From Amoebophrya sp. A120 (Eukaryota; Protista; Dinoflagellata), in contig CAJINV010000033.1 in the NCBI GenBank assembly GCA_905178155.1, positions 84,736 to 148,735 of the forward strand: a stretch of DNA of 64,000 nt, written 5' to 3'. Below the pieces are notes generated by a model. The model ran no database searches. It had not been told where the DNA came from and worked only from the letters and a program-made list of their open reading frames with translations. The position numbers were made by a program, and so were the translations under genes. Numbering within the stretch: position 1 is the first letter of the stretch; every line of letters begins with the position of its first letter. Positions 13,001 to 25,000 of the stretch are shown here, in pieces.

Positions 13001-14435
13001 AAAATAAATACACAGAAAAAATTGTCATGGGTGGCCCCGTAGCATGCTGCTTCGGATACGCAATACAGATTTTTTTGTGTATTTATTTTTGCATTACCTG
13101 CCCGCTTTTTTCTGTGGGATAGAGTACGTGAACACCATCCTCCCCATCTACGAGGCGCATGAGAAAAAGGACAACTTCCCCCTCATTTTCATCCTCTGCG
13201 CGGTTTGTGTGGCGGGGCTCGCCTGGGCGATCAGCTTCACGTCGTATTTGACGAACCCGTTATCCGAGTCCACCTACTGCTTCGCGGATCTGCCGGAGGG
13301 TCCGCTCCGCACCGCGGTGCAATTGTGCGTCACTGCCGGTTGCTTTCTGTCCATTCCGGTGCTGTTCTTCGTGATCCCGCACTTCTACGAGAAACAACTC
13401 TTCCACCAGTTGCTCAGCATGACCGGGAAGTCCGAGGAGGAAGTCAGTCGGCGAAAATGGTGCAAAAACGGGGTGTATCAAATGTAAAAATGTCTGGGTC
13501 TGGAAGATTGCAACTTGTCATGCTAAATCTGCAGCATGCAAAAATCTGTGTTGCATGATTACCAAAAGTCGCCAAATTTTGACCAAGTGGGGAGGTAGTT
13601 TCTCATGCAGAATAGGCATTAGAAAGGTCGCGCAGAATCTGTCATGCTAGGTCCGGCATTCCAGACCTCATGGGTCATGGAAAAGCAGCATCACAAATCG
13701 CGCATTCTTCCAGACCCAGACATTTTTGCAATTCATAGGGTGCGCACGCTGATCCTGTGCTCCATCGTCCTCGTCGCGATCCTGCTTGGCGAGCAGAACG
13801 TCCGTATCAAATGCAAAAGTGTCTGAGCAGTCTGGAAGATTGCGAGATTTGTCATGCTTGTCTGGCATGACCAAAAAGTTTGTGATGCGTGTCCAAGAAG
13901 AGACCCTTTTGCCTGTCATGCAAAAACGCAGTTTGTCATGCTCATGCGACAAACTGCGTTTTTGCATGACAGGGCATTCACTATTCCCAACGCAGCATTA
14001 CAAGTTTCCAGACCCAGACATTTTTACAGTTGATAGTCCGCGTTTTGACGTCCTTCGTCGGTGGCTTTGCCTGCGCGCCCTTGGCGTTCATATTTCCGGT
14101 ATTTATAAATGAAAGGACAAAAAATGCTGGAGTGGTGCCAAGAGTAGCTGCAAAAAGGCAGAAATAAACAACTGTATAAGCAAAAATACGGACACCAAGC
14201 ATCGATCGAAAATGGGGTGAAAAATGGGGTGAAAAATGATTGGGTGTTTCCTCAAAGAAAGTGAAAGATTTGAATTTGAACAATACTCATATAATTCCAG
14301 GTAATCATCTTCAACCAGCTGGGGGAGCCTACGCCCGTGCTCAAAGTGCTCAACTACGGCATTGGGGTTTTTGGAATTCTGGCCTGTATCAGCTGCACCT
14401 ACTTGGCGTTTACCGACCCAGGGGGCGGACATTGA
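7031..14435 (+). CDS. AAAP/Aa_trans family (Avt3/Avt4-like) amino-acid transporter with long low-complexity N-terminus and internal insertion; exons about 7031-9847, 10057-12959, 13127-13475, 13743-13804, 14041-14098, 14301-14435
   Basis: PGGFRR motif, KSMIGTGIFTL, YSAEYVNTILPIY and SFVGGFACAPLAFIFP appear after splicing two GT-AG introns and three introners. Confidence 0.85.
12960..13121. mobile_element. Introner family C
   Basis: TIR tatcccagagaaaaaagc / gcttttttctgtgggata; DR gagta. Confidence 0.92.
13476..13737. mobile_element. Introner family A (262-bp subfamily)
   Basis: TIR tatcaaatgtaaaaatgtctgggtctggaag / cttccagacccagacatttttgcaattcata; DR gggtg. Confidence 0.92.
13805..14035. mobile_element. 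Introner family A
   Basis: family A TIR; DR gtccg; removal joins QNVR-VLTSFVGG. Confidence 0.9.
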
Positions 14436-16128
14436 GTGTGACTTCGTGCTGTCGAAGATCTCGTGAACAAGCTGTTTCCACCACCTCCTCCGCAAGTGCG
14501 TGTTGGAAGCGACGAACAGCAGCAGGCTTTCGGGAGATAGATTTGATTACCTGGTGGCCAGAGACCGTTGTGCGGAGGAGTCAGTTGTTTTTGTTGAGGG
14601 CACCAGCATGGTTAACCGTTTTAACGTTTAGAGATCTCACTAAAAAACTTTGTGTTTGAAGTTTTCAAGACTTGAATTGACAACTCAAGAAAGCTGTACA
14701 TCGGTCCGCTCCGAGTCCGAGCCGACAGGAAGCTTAACAAGGAAAACAAATAGAACCGTGTGCAGGAGAAGCGGTTCGATTTCACAGCATCACGTTCTGG
14801 ACCTCCTCTAGTGCTTAATTAGAAATCTGTGATATCAACAACATCGAAGACATTCTGTAGTTGCTCCCGCTGTTGCTCTAGTAGTACCCCTTCAAGGATC
14901 AGTAATAGGGCTACGCGACCATCATGTCGTGTAGCTGCATGAATGAAGAGGCGTCGCGGCAATTTTATCGGTTTTTATAATTTTGTCGAGAACTTTTACT
15001 CTACTCTGAAGTCACTTTGATTTTTACCGTTTTTCGTTTGGAATTGAATTAGTTACTTATTTTGCAAAAGGAAAATAATAGCGAGGAGACTCCACATGGT
15101 GCTCCTACATAGTCTAGTGGTTCAATTATACTTTCGTTTTCATTTTCGTTGTCCGAAGCAAACAAAGTTCTTCTCTTTCTTGCTCTCGAGAACACAGCAT
15201 CAACGTTGGCTCCTGTAGTAGGTACCAAACCGCAACATGAGAAAGTTGCTAAATCATGTGAAATTCAACTTGTTGACTCCGATCGAGCAGTATGATCTTT
15301 TGTATTCACTTACATTTTCAATTTCAAAAGTTCAAGTCCGCGTAAGGTACCCAAAACAAACCAATTCTACTTATGCTCCTTTCTGCTGAATACAGACCCT
15401 CAATAAATTCAAAATGAAAAACCACACGAAATAAAATATTACAGAAAAAAACTCTAGCGTAGCTGGAAATTTTGAGCGCAACTCTGCTCTGAAGCTTGTG
15501 CTGCAGAATGGATGAGCAAAGGGTGCGCGGTGTTCCGAGAAAAAAAAATGTGTGATGCAACAGGTTATTGCTAATCCTAATGCTATTCCACGACGACTAC
15601 AAGTACAAGTTTGTCCACGCTCTGAATGATTAATGACAGAGCTCAATATAATGAAGAAAGACAAAGATCCGGCGTGGAAATTTCCCTGCACTAAAAGACG
15701 TGTCGACGCGGACGCGCCAAAAAATATTTTCCAATGAAATGCATTCCTAGGGCCTGGTTGTAAAAATATTTATCATTTATTATCAACAAAGCCCGACCAC
15801 AGCGGAACAACATCAACAATACTTCTAAGTGCATAGGTATTTTTGTTAAGAGAAAGACATTGAGTATAAATAAGTTGAGTCGTCCTCGTGACGGCGACGT
15901 ATTGATGACAACTTTACAATTTTAGGTGCCAAATAAAATGAGTCCGCACTAAAGGATGTTGGGTACTATAGTTAAAGTTGGTGAACATCACGGTGATCGT
16001 CGATGAACACGGTCGTGAAGCAGGTGCAGCCTGGGCAAAAATAGTACCGCAGAAAGAGCTTCTGCTTCGATATCGCAGCTCGGAAAGCGGAACATCAAGC
16101 CATCGGAGTAGAGTATTCTATTGATATC

Positions 16129-19100
16129 ATGACGAAGACGACGAAGTTTCACACGGGAGGTAGTTGTGGCGGACCAGCCCACGGGCAGCAGCAGCACCAC
16201 CACCAAAATCCGCCTCCCCCTCCCCCGTCCACGACGAGTACGACTACAGCAGCAGCGAATAGTAATTACCCGGTACAGCTTCTACATGGACAACAACAAC
16301 ATCACCAGCACAATACTAATTACAGTGCTGTACCCAACCAGATCATGCAACAGCATCCTGTGTTGACAGTCGAGGAGAACATCAGCCTCGAAGAGCGACA
16401 CCCCTACGACCACGACCAAGAACATATTAGCCCGGGAGACGAGGACCTCCACGTTGACCATGACCATGACCACAACTATCACGACAACGACCACGACGAA
16501 CACGACAGCCAGCACGAGGACCAGCATTCCCAGTACGACGACGACTGCAGCAATCACTCGGAACTAGACGAGGAGGAGCTCGCGGAGAGACAGCACATTA
16601 TCCAAAAAACTAACAACGTCGACGTGTCGCGTGCGACGACCCCAGAGTTGATGTCATGCAGATTTGCAATGACAACAGCTGATAAACACTTGTGATCATC
16701 ATGCGCAGCCAGCCCATGACTGGCATTTGTTCCATGTTTTGATACAAACTTGTAATGCTGTAAAGAGGATAAAAATTATCAGGTGGACATGGATTATTTG
16801 TAAAAATGCGGCTGTCCTTGCTAAAAACCTGCACTACACGACTATCGGGACTGCAAGAACTTGTCACGCGTGACTCTGAAATAACCTATGTGTCGCGAAA
16901 TCAATAATTAATCTCCATCTAGTTGTACTTGTACTTGAGGACTCTGGGGTCGTGTGGGCCCCCGGCCCGTTCTATTTCCTCAGGATACACGTTCCGCTGT
17001 ACCCATCCTCCTCACATGACTGCGACGAGGAGTACCTACCGCCCTCCGGCTATGGAAGCGTCAGGTTTGAAATCGTCAAAGTTGAAATAATTTGTAATGC
17101 ATAAAATGCGACACAAAAAGCGACTCTATTGCAGAGGACCCACGGGCGGCAGATTATAGTCCTGGTAAGGGTCAAAAGTTGGACTGCTAACTAGCATGAC
17201 AGAAGGCAGCTCCTTTGCCCTAAACCGCATGACAGACTCGCTTCCAGGACCGGGAAAATTTGTCATGCACCGACTACAAACTGTAGGTCTAACTGGTATC
17301 CGTTTTATGCATGACAAACTATTTCAACTTTGACGATTTCAAACCTGACACATCCATACCGGCACCGGATCGGCCCGGGGAAGTTACCACGACCACGGGT
17401 CCAACCACGGGGATGGTACCATGAGCAATTCGGGAAATAACCACCACTATGGATTGTAAAAATGTCTGGGCCTGGAAGGTTGGAACTTGTAATGCGGGTC
17501 ATGCATTCCTGGAAAATCTGTGTTGCATGAGCAGCAAAAGAGAGGCTTTCTTTGTCATGCAAAAACGCAGTTTGTAATGCGTGCTAGGCATCAGCAGGCC
17601 TCTCAAAAGCTTGTCATGCTTGGCTGCCATTGGAAGCGCTTCAATCATGCGCAATTCAGCATCACAAGTTTCCAGACCCAGACATTTTTACAGTTGATAA
17701 CCACTACAGCCAGGACGGCACTAGTTCCGGCAATCCGGGCGGGGTTTGTTCGTCTGGGGAGATGAATCATTTCCAAGGTGGAACTACATCCAATGTCAAC
17801 ACCTCCGGGGGAAATATGAATTCGCAGCAGCAGCTCCAAGCGGGCGGGCAGCAGCAGCAGCACCCAACCAGCACCGGTGGTCAGCATCACCACCACAACT
17901 ACGGTCGCGTACACATGAACGGGGGTGGCCACCCGGCGAGCATATCAAATGCAAAAATGTCTGGGTCTGGAAACTTGTGATGCTAAAATGTGCATGATGA
18001 AAACACTTCCGAATGCAGTCCAGTATGACAATTTCCCAAAACGCTTTCCCATAGGCAATCTGCATGAGAAACTGCGTTTTTGCATGACAAAAGAGGCTGC
18101 GGCTTTTGTTGGTTATGCAATACAGATTTCCCAGGAATGTAGAGCTAGCATTACAAGTTCCAACCTTCCAGACCCAGACATTTTTGCAGTGCATAGAGCA
18201 CCAGTGGCAGCAATTTCGCGCATCTCGAAGGGACTGGAGCGGAGGCGGACGGCCACTACAACCAGTACTATAACGACCACCAGTTGGCGATCATCCAAAA
18301 TTACGGGCACAACCCGGAGGGGAGAATCGCCTACGAGGGCTACGATGGGTACGGGCAGCCCACCATCGGCTTAGGGGTGGTCGGCTTCATATGCATTGCA
18401 AAAGCATCTTCGCGCTAGTAGTTGTAGCAATCGAATTTTGGCATCACAAAGGTTCCATAATACAGCAGTTCGAAAGTCAGTGAGGTGGAATTTCTGATGC
18501 TGATTCAGCTAAGAAAGGAAATGTGCTGTCATGCAGTCTGGCAAAAATTCGTACGAGTGCGATACTTCTTTTGCAGAGGATAGTTCACGGGCGTCGACGA
18601 CACGATCGAACCGGCGAAGCTGTGCGACATGTCGGAACAGTACTCTTTCGTCGAGTGGGGTGTGTTGCTTCATAAGGAGCGGGAGGGGAAGCCGCGGTAT
18701 GCCTCGCAAAAGTGGATAAACCGGCTGCGCGACGAGGTGGAGCGGCGGCAGAAGGACCGGTGCGAAGCCGGACGAAATAACCTGAACGGGTCCGCCTGCG
18801 CGAACGGGGGTGGCGGCCACGGACACCCTCAACGGCCCCGAGGTAGAAAGAAAAGTACGAAATACTTGTTCATCTTCTGTGTGGCTTGCTATAAAATTTT
18901 TGAATTTTTGATCACGTGACGCTGCTGCACTGCGAGCCTTTATACGAAGAAGTGGTAAGAAGTCCCCTAGTACGAACGACGAACAACGTATTAATTGCAC
19001 TTCCTTATCAGGTGGCAAGAAGCAGACCCAAGGGTACCAAATTCGGCTCGCCGCGCATCTTGGGGGTGAGTACTGCCTCCAAGCACTCAACGGGGATGAC

Positions 19101-20080
19101 AAATTCATCCGGGAAACGCTAGTGAAAGAGCTTGGGTACAACTACTTTTTTGAAACTTTCTGCTGCAGTAACCTAAATATTGCACTGGTGATGTTGATGA
19201 CACCATGATGCGAATAAGTAAGTGTGTTGCGGTTCTTGCGACATCAACAGCTTGAACTTCTATCGCAAATTAGTAAAGGTACTAGATACGAACGATTACG
19301 AGCGAAACAATAAACAGGTTTTCCCGTATCCAGCTGAACCCTACCAAGCCGAACGGCGTGAACGAGTCAAATCTGTTGAAGTTTATGAAACCCTTGCAGC
19401 AGCTGTTGGGCACGTTCGAACGGGAGTTCGAGCACGTGGAGTTCATATTCCAGGTGAACAAGCAAACCAAGGACTTGGCATTCGCGCTGATGGATGACCC
19501 AAGGCCAAATCTCGCCTTCCTCTACGACAGCAGCATGGGAGCAGGGAAAACGCCGTACACTTTTTGAATAATGATTCGTTTGGTGATAAGAAATAGAAGC
19601 AGGATCTTCTTTTGCTGGATGACAATGACCACGACGTCCACGTACTGATATGGCTTCACTTGTTGAATGGGAAGTAGAACCCGCGCGGCGACAAATGATC
19701 TTTCTATAGGAAGAGCCCTTACTAGCGCTGCAACCCAAGAACTACGTTGGTCCCCTTGGTCCAACAATCTTGAATGTACTTAAATTTTTCTCAATTGCAG
19801 TGCCCGCCGCCCCGTGCCGCTCGCGCACCCAGGCGTGCATGTCGGCTACGCAGGGGGGATCGGTCCCCATAACTTGCGCGACGAGCTGAAGAAGGTCATG
19901 ACGGCCGTCGTGAACAGTGACGACCAGCAGCAAAACTACACCAATCTCCACGAGGAGCGCACAATATGGCTGGATATGGAGAGCTCTCTGCGGAACAAGG
20001 AGGACCTCTTTGACATCACCAGGTGCGAATCGATTGTGGGGCAGCTGTTCGACATGGGGGTGCTACGAGATGCAGATTGA
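16129..20080 (+). CDS. Phosphoribosylanthranilate-isomerase (TrpF)-like TIM-barrel protein with a His/Gln/Asp-rich N-terminal extension; multi-exon
   Basis: Spliced GFTGVDD..FVEWGVL..EGKPRYASQKWI, FLYDSSMGAG, YAGGIGPHNL and WLDMESSLR..FDI; five introners and three GT-AG introns. Confidence 0.65.
16599..16987. mobile_element. Introner family B, degenerate
   Basis: tatcc...ggata ends; internal cccagagttg..tcatgcagatttgc; DR cacat/cacgt. Confidence 0.75.
17051..17358. mobile_element. Introner, singleton family with ~55-bp TIR
   Basis: tatggaagcgtcaggtttgaaatcgtcaaagttgaaata / tatttcaactttgacgatttcaaacctgacacatccata; DR ccggc. Confidence 0.92.
17448..17699. mobile_element. Introner family A
   Basis: family A TIR; DR accac. 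Confidence 0.9.
17943..18195. mobile_element. Introner family A (inverted relative to 17448)
   Basis: family A TIR; DR gagca. Confidence 0.9.
18390..18582. mobile_element. Introner family D
   Basis: tatgcattgcaaaagcatc / ttttgcagaggata; DR cttca/gttca; removal joins VGF-TGVDD. Confidence 0.85.
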
Positions 20081-21145
20081 TACAACTTCTTTTTGTCATC
20101 ACATCTTCGTCGTGTTGAAGTTGCACACCAGGACGACGAGAGGATTTGCAGATTGCTGTTGCTCTTCGAGGTTCTTGTTCACACGAAAAAGATAAATGAA
20201 TAATAAAGCGACCTTCTTTATTTTACGTTCCTGATAAAGTACACGTACACCCGTTATACTTTTTAGTTCCCGCTGAGAACGAGGGCGAGCCCAGTACTCA
20301 GTTAGTAGAAGTTCTTCTTGGCACAAACGACTAAGACTCGTTGAAAATTATACGCGCCAGGATCATGTACTTAAGCAAGTAAGTAAGCGCCGCCGTCGAC
20401 CGATATTAAATTAATACTGAAGCGCGAAGAGGCTCAGTGCTATCGGATCGGGTCGTGTTCTATCGTGTGCCTTGTCCTCGTAGAGTGCTGTTCGTCTTCG
20501 AAAGGAGTGCGTTTTCTACTTTTCGTGTTGGTTTCTCCTTATATGCAAAGTCAGAACTGAGGAAAAGAAAGCCGCAGAGAAAGCACGCTGGCGCGTCGTT
20601 GACGCTGTTCTTCAAGAACACTGGAAGCGGTTGCACGTCGTAGTATACTTGGAGAAAGAGTTTATCGTGGAGAGACTGCTTCATTTGATTCCATGGTATT
20701 TGTGGACTTTGTTCTTCGGCAGCTGCAACCTGAGTGCAGTATTGAAAAAATCCGGTATGATGTCATCCTTTATTTCTAGCACTGTAGCGCAGATGAGAAC
20801 AAGTTGTAAGTGAGTAGAAGAACTACACCACTTGTAGCGTTAAAAATTGTGGTGCATATAATTAGCAGTGCAAAGCAAAAGAAGGATGGCAGGAGCAGAA
20901 ACCGCAGAGTCGTTCATCGCGCATGAAGATACTACAACCGGAGGACATTCACAGGAGCACAGCTGCGCACGTGGCGTGACATGATCACTAGCTTGTGCTG
21001 ATTCAATCATTTTGTGATGTTCTTGGCAGCTGCCATAAATCAGAGAACATCAGCAATTCTACCCGAAACTGACTCGACCCGCGAAGGAAGTGGACGACGA
21101 TAGATACCTATAGGTGCAGAAGAACAAGTCGGTCGCCGTGCGAGG

Positions 21146-21990
21146 ATGTTGCTGCACTGGAAAAGAACGCCACCGTCGGCTGCGCGATCCGTCGCGTTAC
21201 TGTTGCTCCACGTGTGTAATATTTTTACCACGGTAGAAGTTCTTTTCACGACAATCTCCACCACGGCGGCGGCAGGAAGGCAAGTGCAAATGCGGCAAGA
21301 AGAACTGCACGAACAACAACATGACCAGCAAGATCCAGTGGTGCCCGCCAGTGCGGCGCAGAAGTTGCTGAGTCCGGATGTGTTTCGCACGGAGCTCTTA
21401 AATCTCCTCGCCGATTACGACGCGCGGCATGGCAGGTACCTGGTACCCGAGGAGTATTTGTTGGAAATCGTGGAACAAGCGCAAAACCAGACATTTCTAA
21501 ACACGTCCAAAAATTCTTCTAGCACCAATTCAACATCCACGAATGCATCTTCCGGGTCGCAAAATGCGACGTCAAGTGGAACATCAACTCCTTTTGCGTT
21601 CACGGCCTCGTCGTTCTTCGCAAATAAAATGATGTCGAGGACAACCTCATCCCCGTCATCTCTTCCACAACATGCGACCTTCAAGATGTTGCCATGGCAG
21701 GCTGCGAGAACGCCTTCCATACTCGCGGAACAGCAACAACAGCACGGGAAGAGTACCACGATAAGGGACCACGCGTCGGTTCTTCGTGCTGGTAGTACAA
21801 AAACAACTTCGAACACCAGCAGCAACAACTCTACTATCACAGCCTTGGCAGAGATCCAGCTCGTGTTTCGCAACGACTCGATCAGTTTGGAGGAACTATT
21901 GAACGGAACGGAGGTGAGCATATTCAGTGGTACTTCTAACGGGTCCTCTTCTAGTACAAATCCTGCTGGAGTCACAAACAACTCGAATAA

Positions 21991-22040
<50 letters not shown>

Positions 22041-25000
22041 CCTCAGGGAACAATAACAGCAGTAGTCGGGTTGTGTTGAACTCGAACTCGTCTGCACAGA
22101 CCGCAGTTTTGAATCTTTCCTTCGTCTTCGGGGAGCTGCTCGGCGGGCTGTTGCAGTTGGGGCAGGACGACTTGAAAATCGAGGCGGTGGTTGTCAAGAA
22201 GCGAGTCAACTTTGAAAGAAAGAAAAAAGAAAACGCAACGAATTCCACGGACCAGGAGAGTGATTCTAATTCTAATTCCACAAAGAACGCAAGTGGAGAG
22301 CAGAACGCGTCTGCCCCATCGTCGAGCAGCAGTAGCTTCATATCTACTCATCTTCAGAGTAGCAGTTCTAGTTCGGCTTTATCAAAATCTGCAGTGCTGG
22401 CCTTCACCTCTTCTACTTCTACGCAGAAGTCCTCTATCGCTGACCGAGTTGCAGCGCGAGAGGGTCGTGGTGGTCTTGTCACTGGAACTTCTAGTTCACA
22501 GCAAAACGAAACCTCCTCTAGTACTACTGGACCTGGCGACGAAAAAATCACGGAAACCGCGACCGTAGAAGTCCGGTACACGCTTTATCCCAGAGAAAAA
22601 AGCTGGCAGGGCATATTTGTAATGCAAAAATAAACACACAGAAAAATTTGTCATGGGTGGCCCCCTAGCATGCTGTTTCGGATATGCAATACAGATTTTT
22701 TTGTGTATTTATTTTGTCATTACAAATATGCCCTGCCAGCTTTTTTCTGTGTGATACGCTTGCGAATCTGAACGCTACCCGCGTTGCGGACCTCCAATCC
22801 GTCCTGTTCCGCACCTACACCTACTCTCTGCAGCTCCGCGAGGGTTTGAAGCTCATGTTCAAACAGGACAAGCTGTTCGACAAGATTGTGTCCAAACCTC
22901 CCGCCACCGGCCTGAAGCTCAACGCGCCGAAATTCGTCACCGACTGGGGCCGGTCCTTCTTGTGGCGCGAGGTGTCGGCGATGCAGCTGCACAACGAAAT
23001 CCCCGAGGCCGCGGCGGCGCAGGTCGCTCGGGCGCTTCTGGCGCAAAGCGCCAGCGGCAACAAAAACGACGCGATGAGCAACGCCACGCAGGTGGAGTCC
23101 TTTGCGACGAAGCTATTGTTGCAGGCCGCGAAGTATCCTGTGCAAAAATCATGAATCTATCGTAATGGTACTCGTAGGAAATCAAGTGCCAGTTGTCTTG
23201 CATGACTCGTCACCTAGTACTTGTTTTCCCTGAAGCTGCAGGTGGGCAGATAATTTTTCCGTCTTTTCCTTTTGGAAGGAAAGATATCGATTTGTGTAAA
23301 ATGCAATTTGTTCTAGTCCTAGATACTGATACGAAATCGAAATATTTTTGCAATGCATACTTCGCAGACGTACGCGACGGCGCTGAAGCCGGACGGGTCG
23401 GTGGAGCACGCGGGGCCCTGGATGGACCGGCTCTGGACGAAAATCCGCACGGAGTACAATTCCGTCCCCGTGGAAAACTTCACAATTGGCACGTTTCTGT
23501 ACGCGAAAGCGTTCGATCCGGTGGAGACCATCCAAGAAATGCTGCAGTTTTACCACAGCCACAACGAAACCGGGGTCATCAACCTAGTTTCCGGGCTTTT
23601 GACTGCCGCCGGGCTGCCGGCGTTGCAGTCCGTGTGGGCCGCGGGGAAGATGAAGAACGGGAGTAGCGGGACGAGTAGTTCTTCTGGGGCATCAACTACA
23701 GCAACTGGTACTTCTTCTGCCCCAACAACGGTCGTGGCGAACAGCAGCAACGGGAGTGCCGGTGCAAACATTTCGAACAACAACACGATAACTGCACCAC
23801 TCACGAACGCGCAACTCCTTTCCTACCTGCTGTTCTACAGCTCGCCTGGTGTCGTTTTGAACACTTTTTCTACAACCCCTGCGGCAGCAGTGAACAACAG
23901 TTCTGGCACTGCGACAAACACGAGCGCTGGCGGGAACAACAGCAGCTCGACTAACAGCACTTCTAAAAACAGCACCTCCGCATCGTCGGGGTCCAATTTG
24001 AATTTTATCAGTAACCAAACGCAGCAACAAATCCTGGCCTCGCTGTCGCAGCTTCTCCCAAAGTACTACTACATTGGGCTGCCGCTGCGCGACACGCTCG
24101 AGTGTGAACACAGTCAGGGTCTGGATTTTGGGAACGGACGCGAGGAGGACCTGGTCCGGAACACGAACAACACTGTAGTGTCCGTGCAAAATGCGACGAC
24201 GACCACAAACGATCCCGATTTTCTCGCCATTCTCCGTACGGCCAGCGAAGAATTCGACCAACGAATGATCAAGGAGGGGAACGACTGGCTGGCGAATCAG
24301 AGCATCCACGGGATGACGGTCTCTACCTATCTCTTGGACAACAGCAATAATAATGGAACATCTTCATCAGCTTCAGGAGCTACAGCCAACGCATCATCTT
24401 CCAACAGCTCGAATGCAACAGCGGCTTTTAGTTCTTCGAGTAGCTCGATGTCGATGTCCTCATTAGTCGAGAACGTTGTGCGCGGGATAAGGAAGAAACT
24501 GGGCGGACGAGAAAGGAGCGAGGCACGACAGGTTGCGGTCGACGTGGGAAAGAAAAATAAAAGCGAAAGGACAAGATCAAGAATCGTATTCGACGAGACG
24601 TTCTTACCGGCTGCAACAAGTTCGTGGTCTGAGGTGGAGAGTAGAGTGAGAATACATGCAGACAAGCGAGAAATTATTGAAAATTTGTTCCAGAAAGCAC
24701 AGACTACGCCAGACGTAGGCAGGCCAAAATCAACTCCCTCCTCCTCATCATTCATCTCACCGGCGCAACTCGTAATACCTTCGCGGAAGACCACGAGCAG
24801 CAACGGAATACTAGAGGAACGAGCAGACGAAGACGACGATCTTGAAAGCGGTGTTGCACTTGCGGGTGGTGACATAAAAACGCATGTGATACTAGAAACG
24901 CCGATAACAAATAAAATCGCGAGAACAGGAAGAAGAGAAGAGCATGAAGAAGATCCAGAAATAAGCACCGCGCAACGTGAAGTTGTAGAACTGCAGCCGC

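Noticed and set aside
14208-14245. gaaaaatggggt tandem repeat
   Set aside because: Two to three copies inside a canonical intron; likely simple slippage
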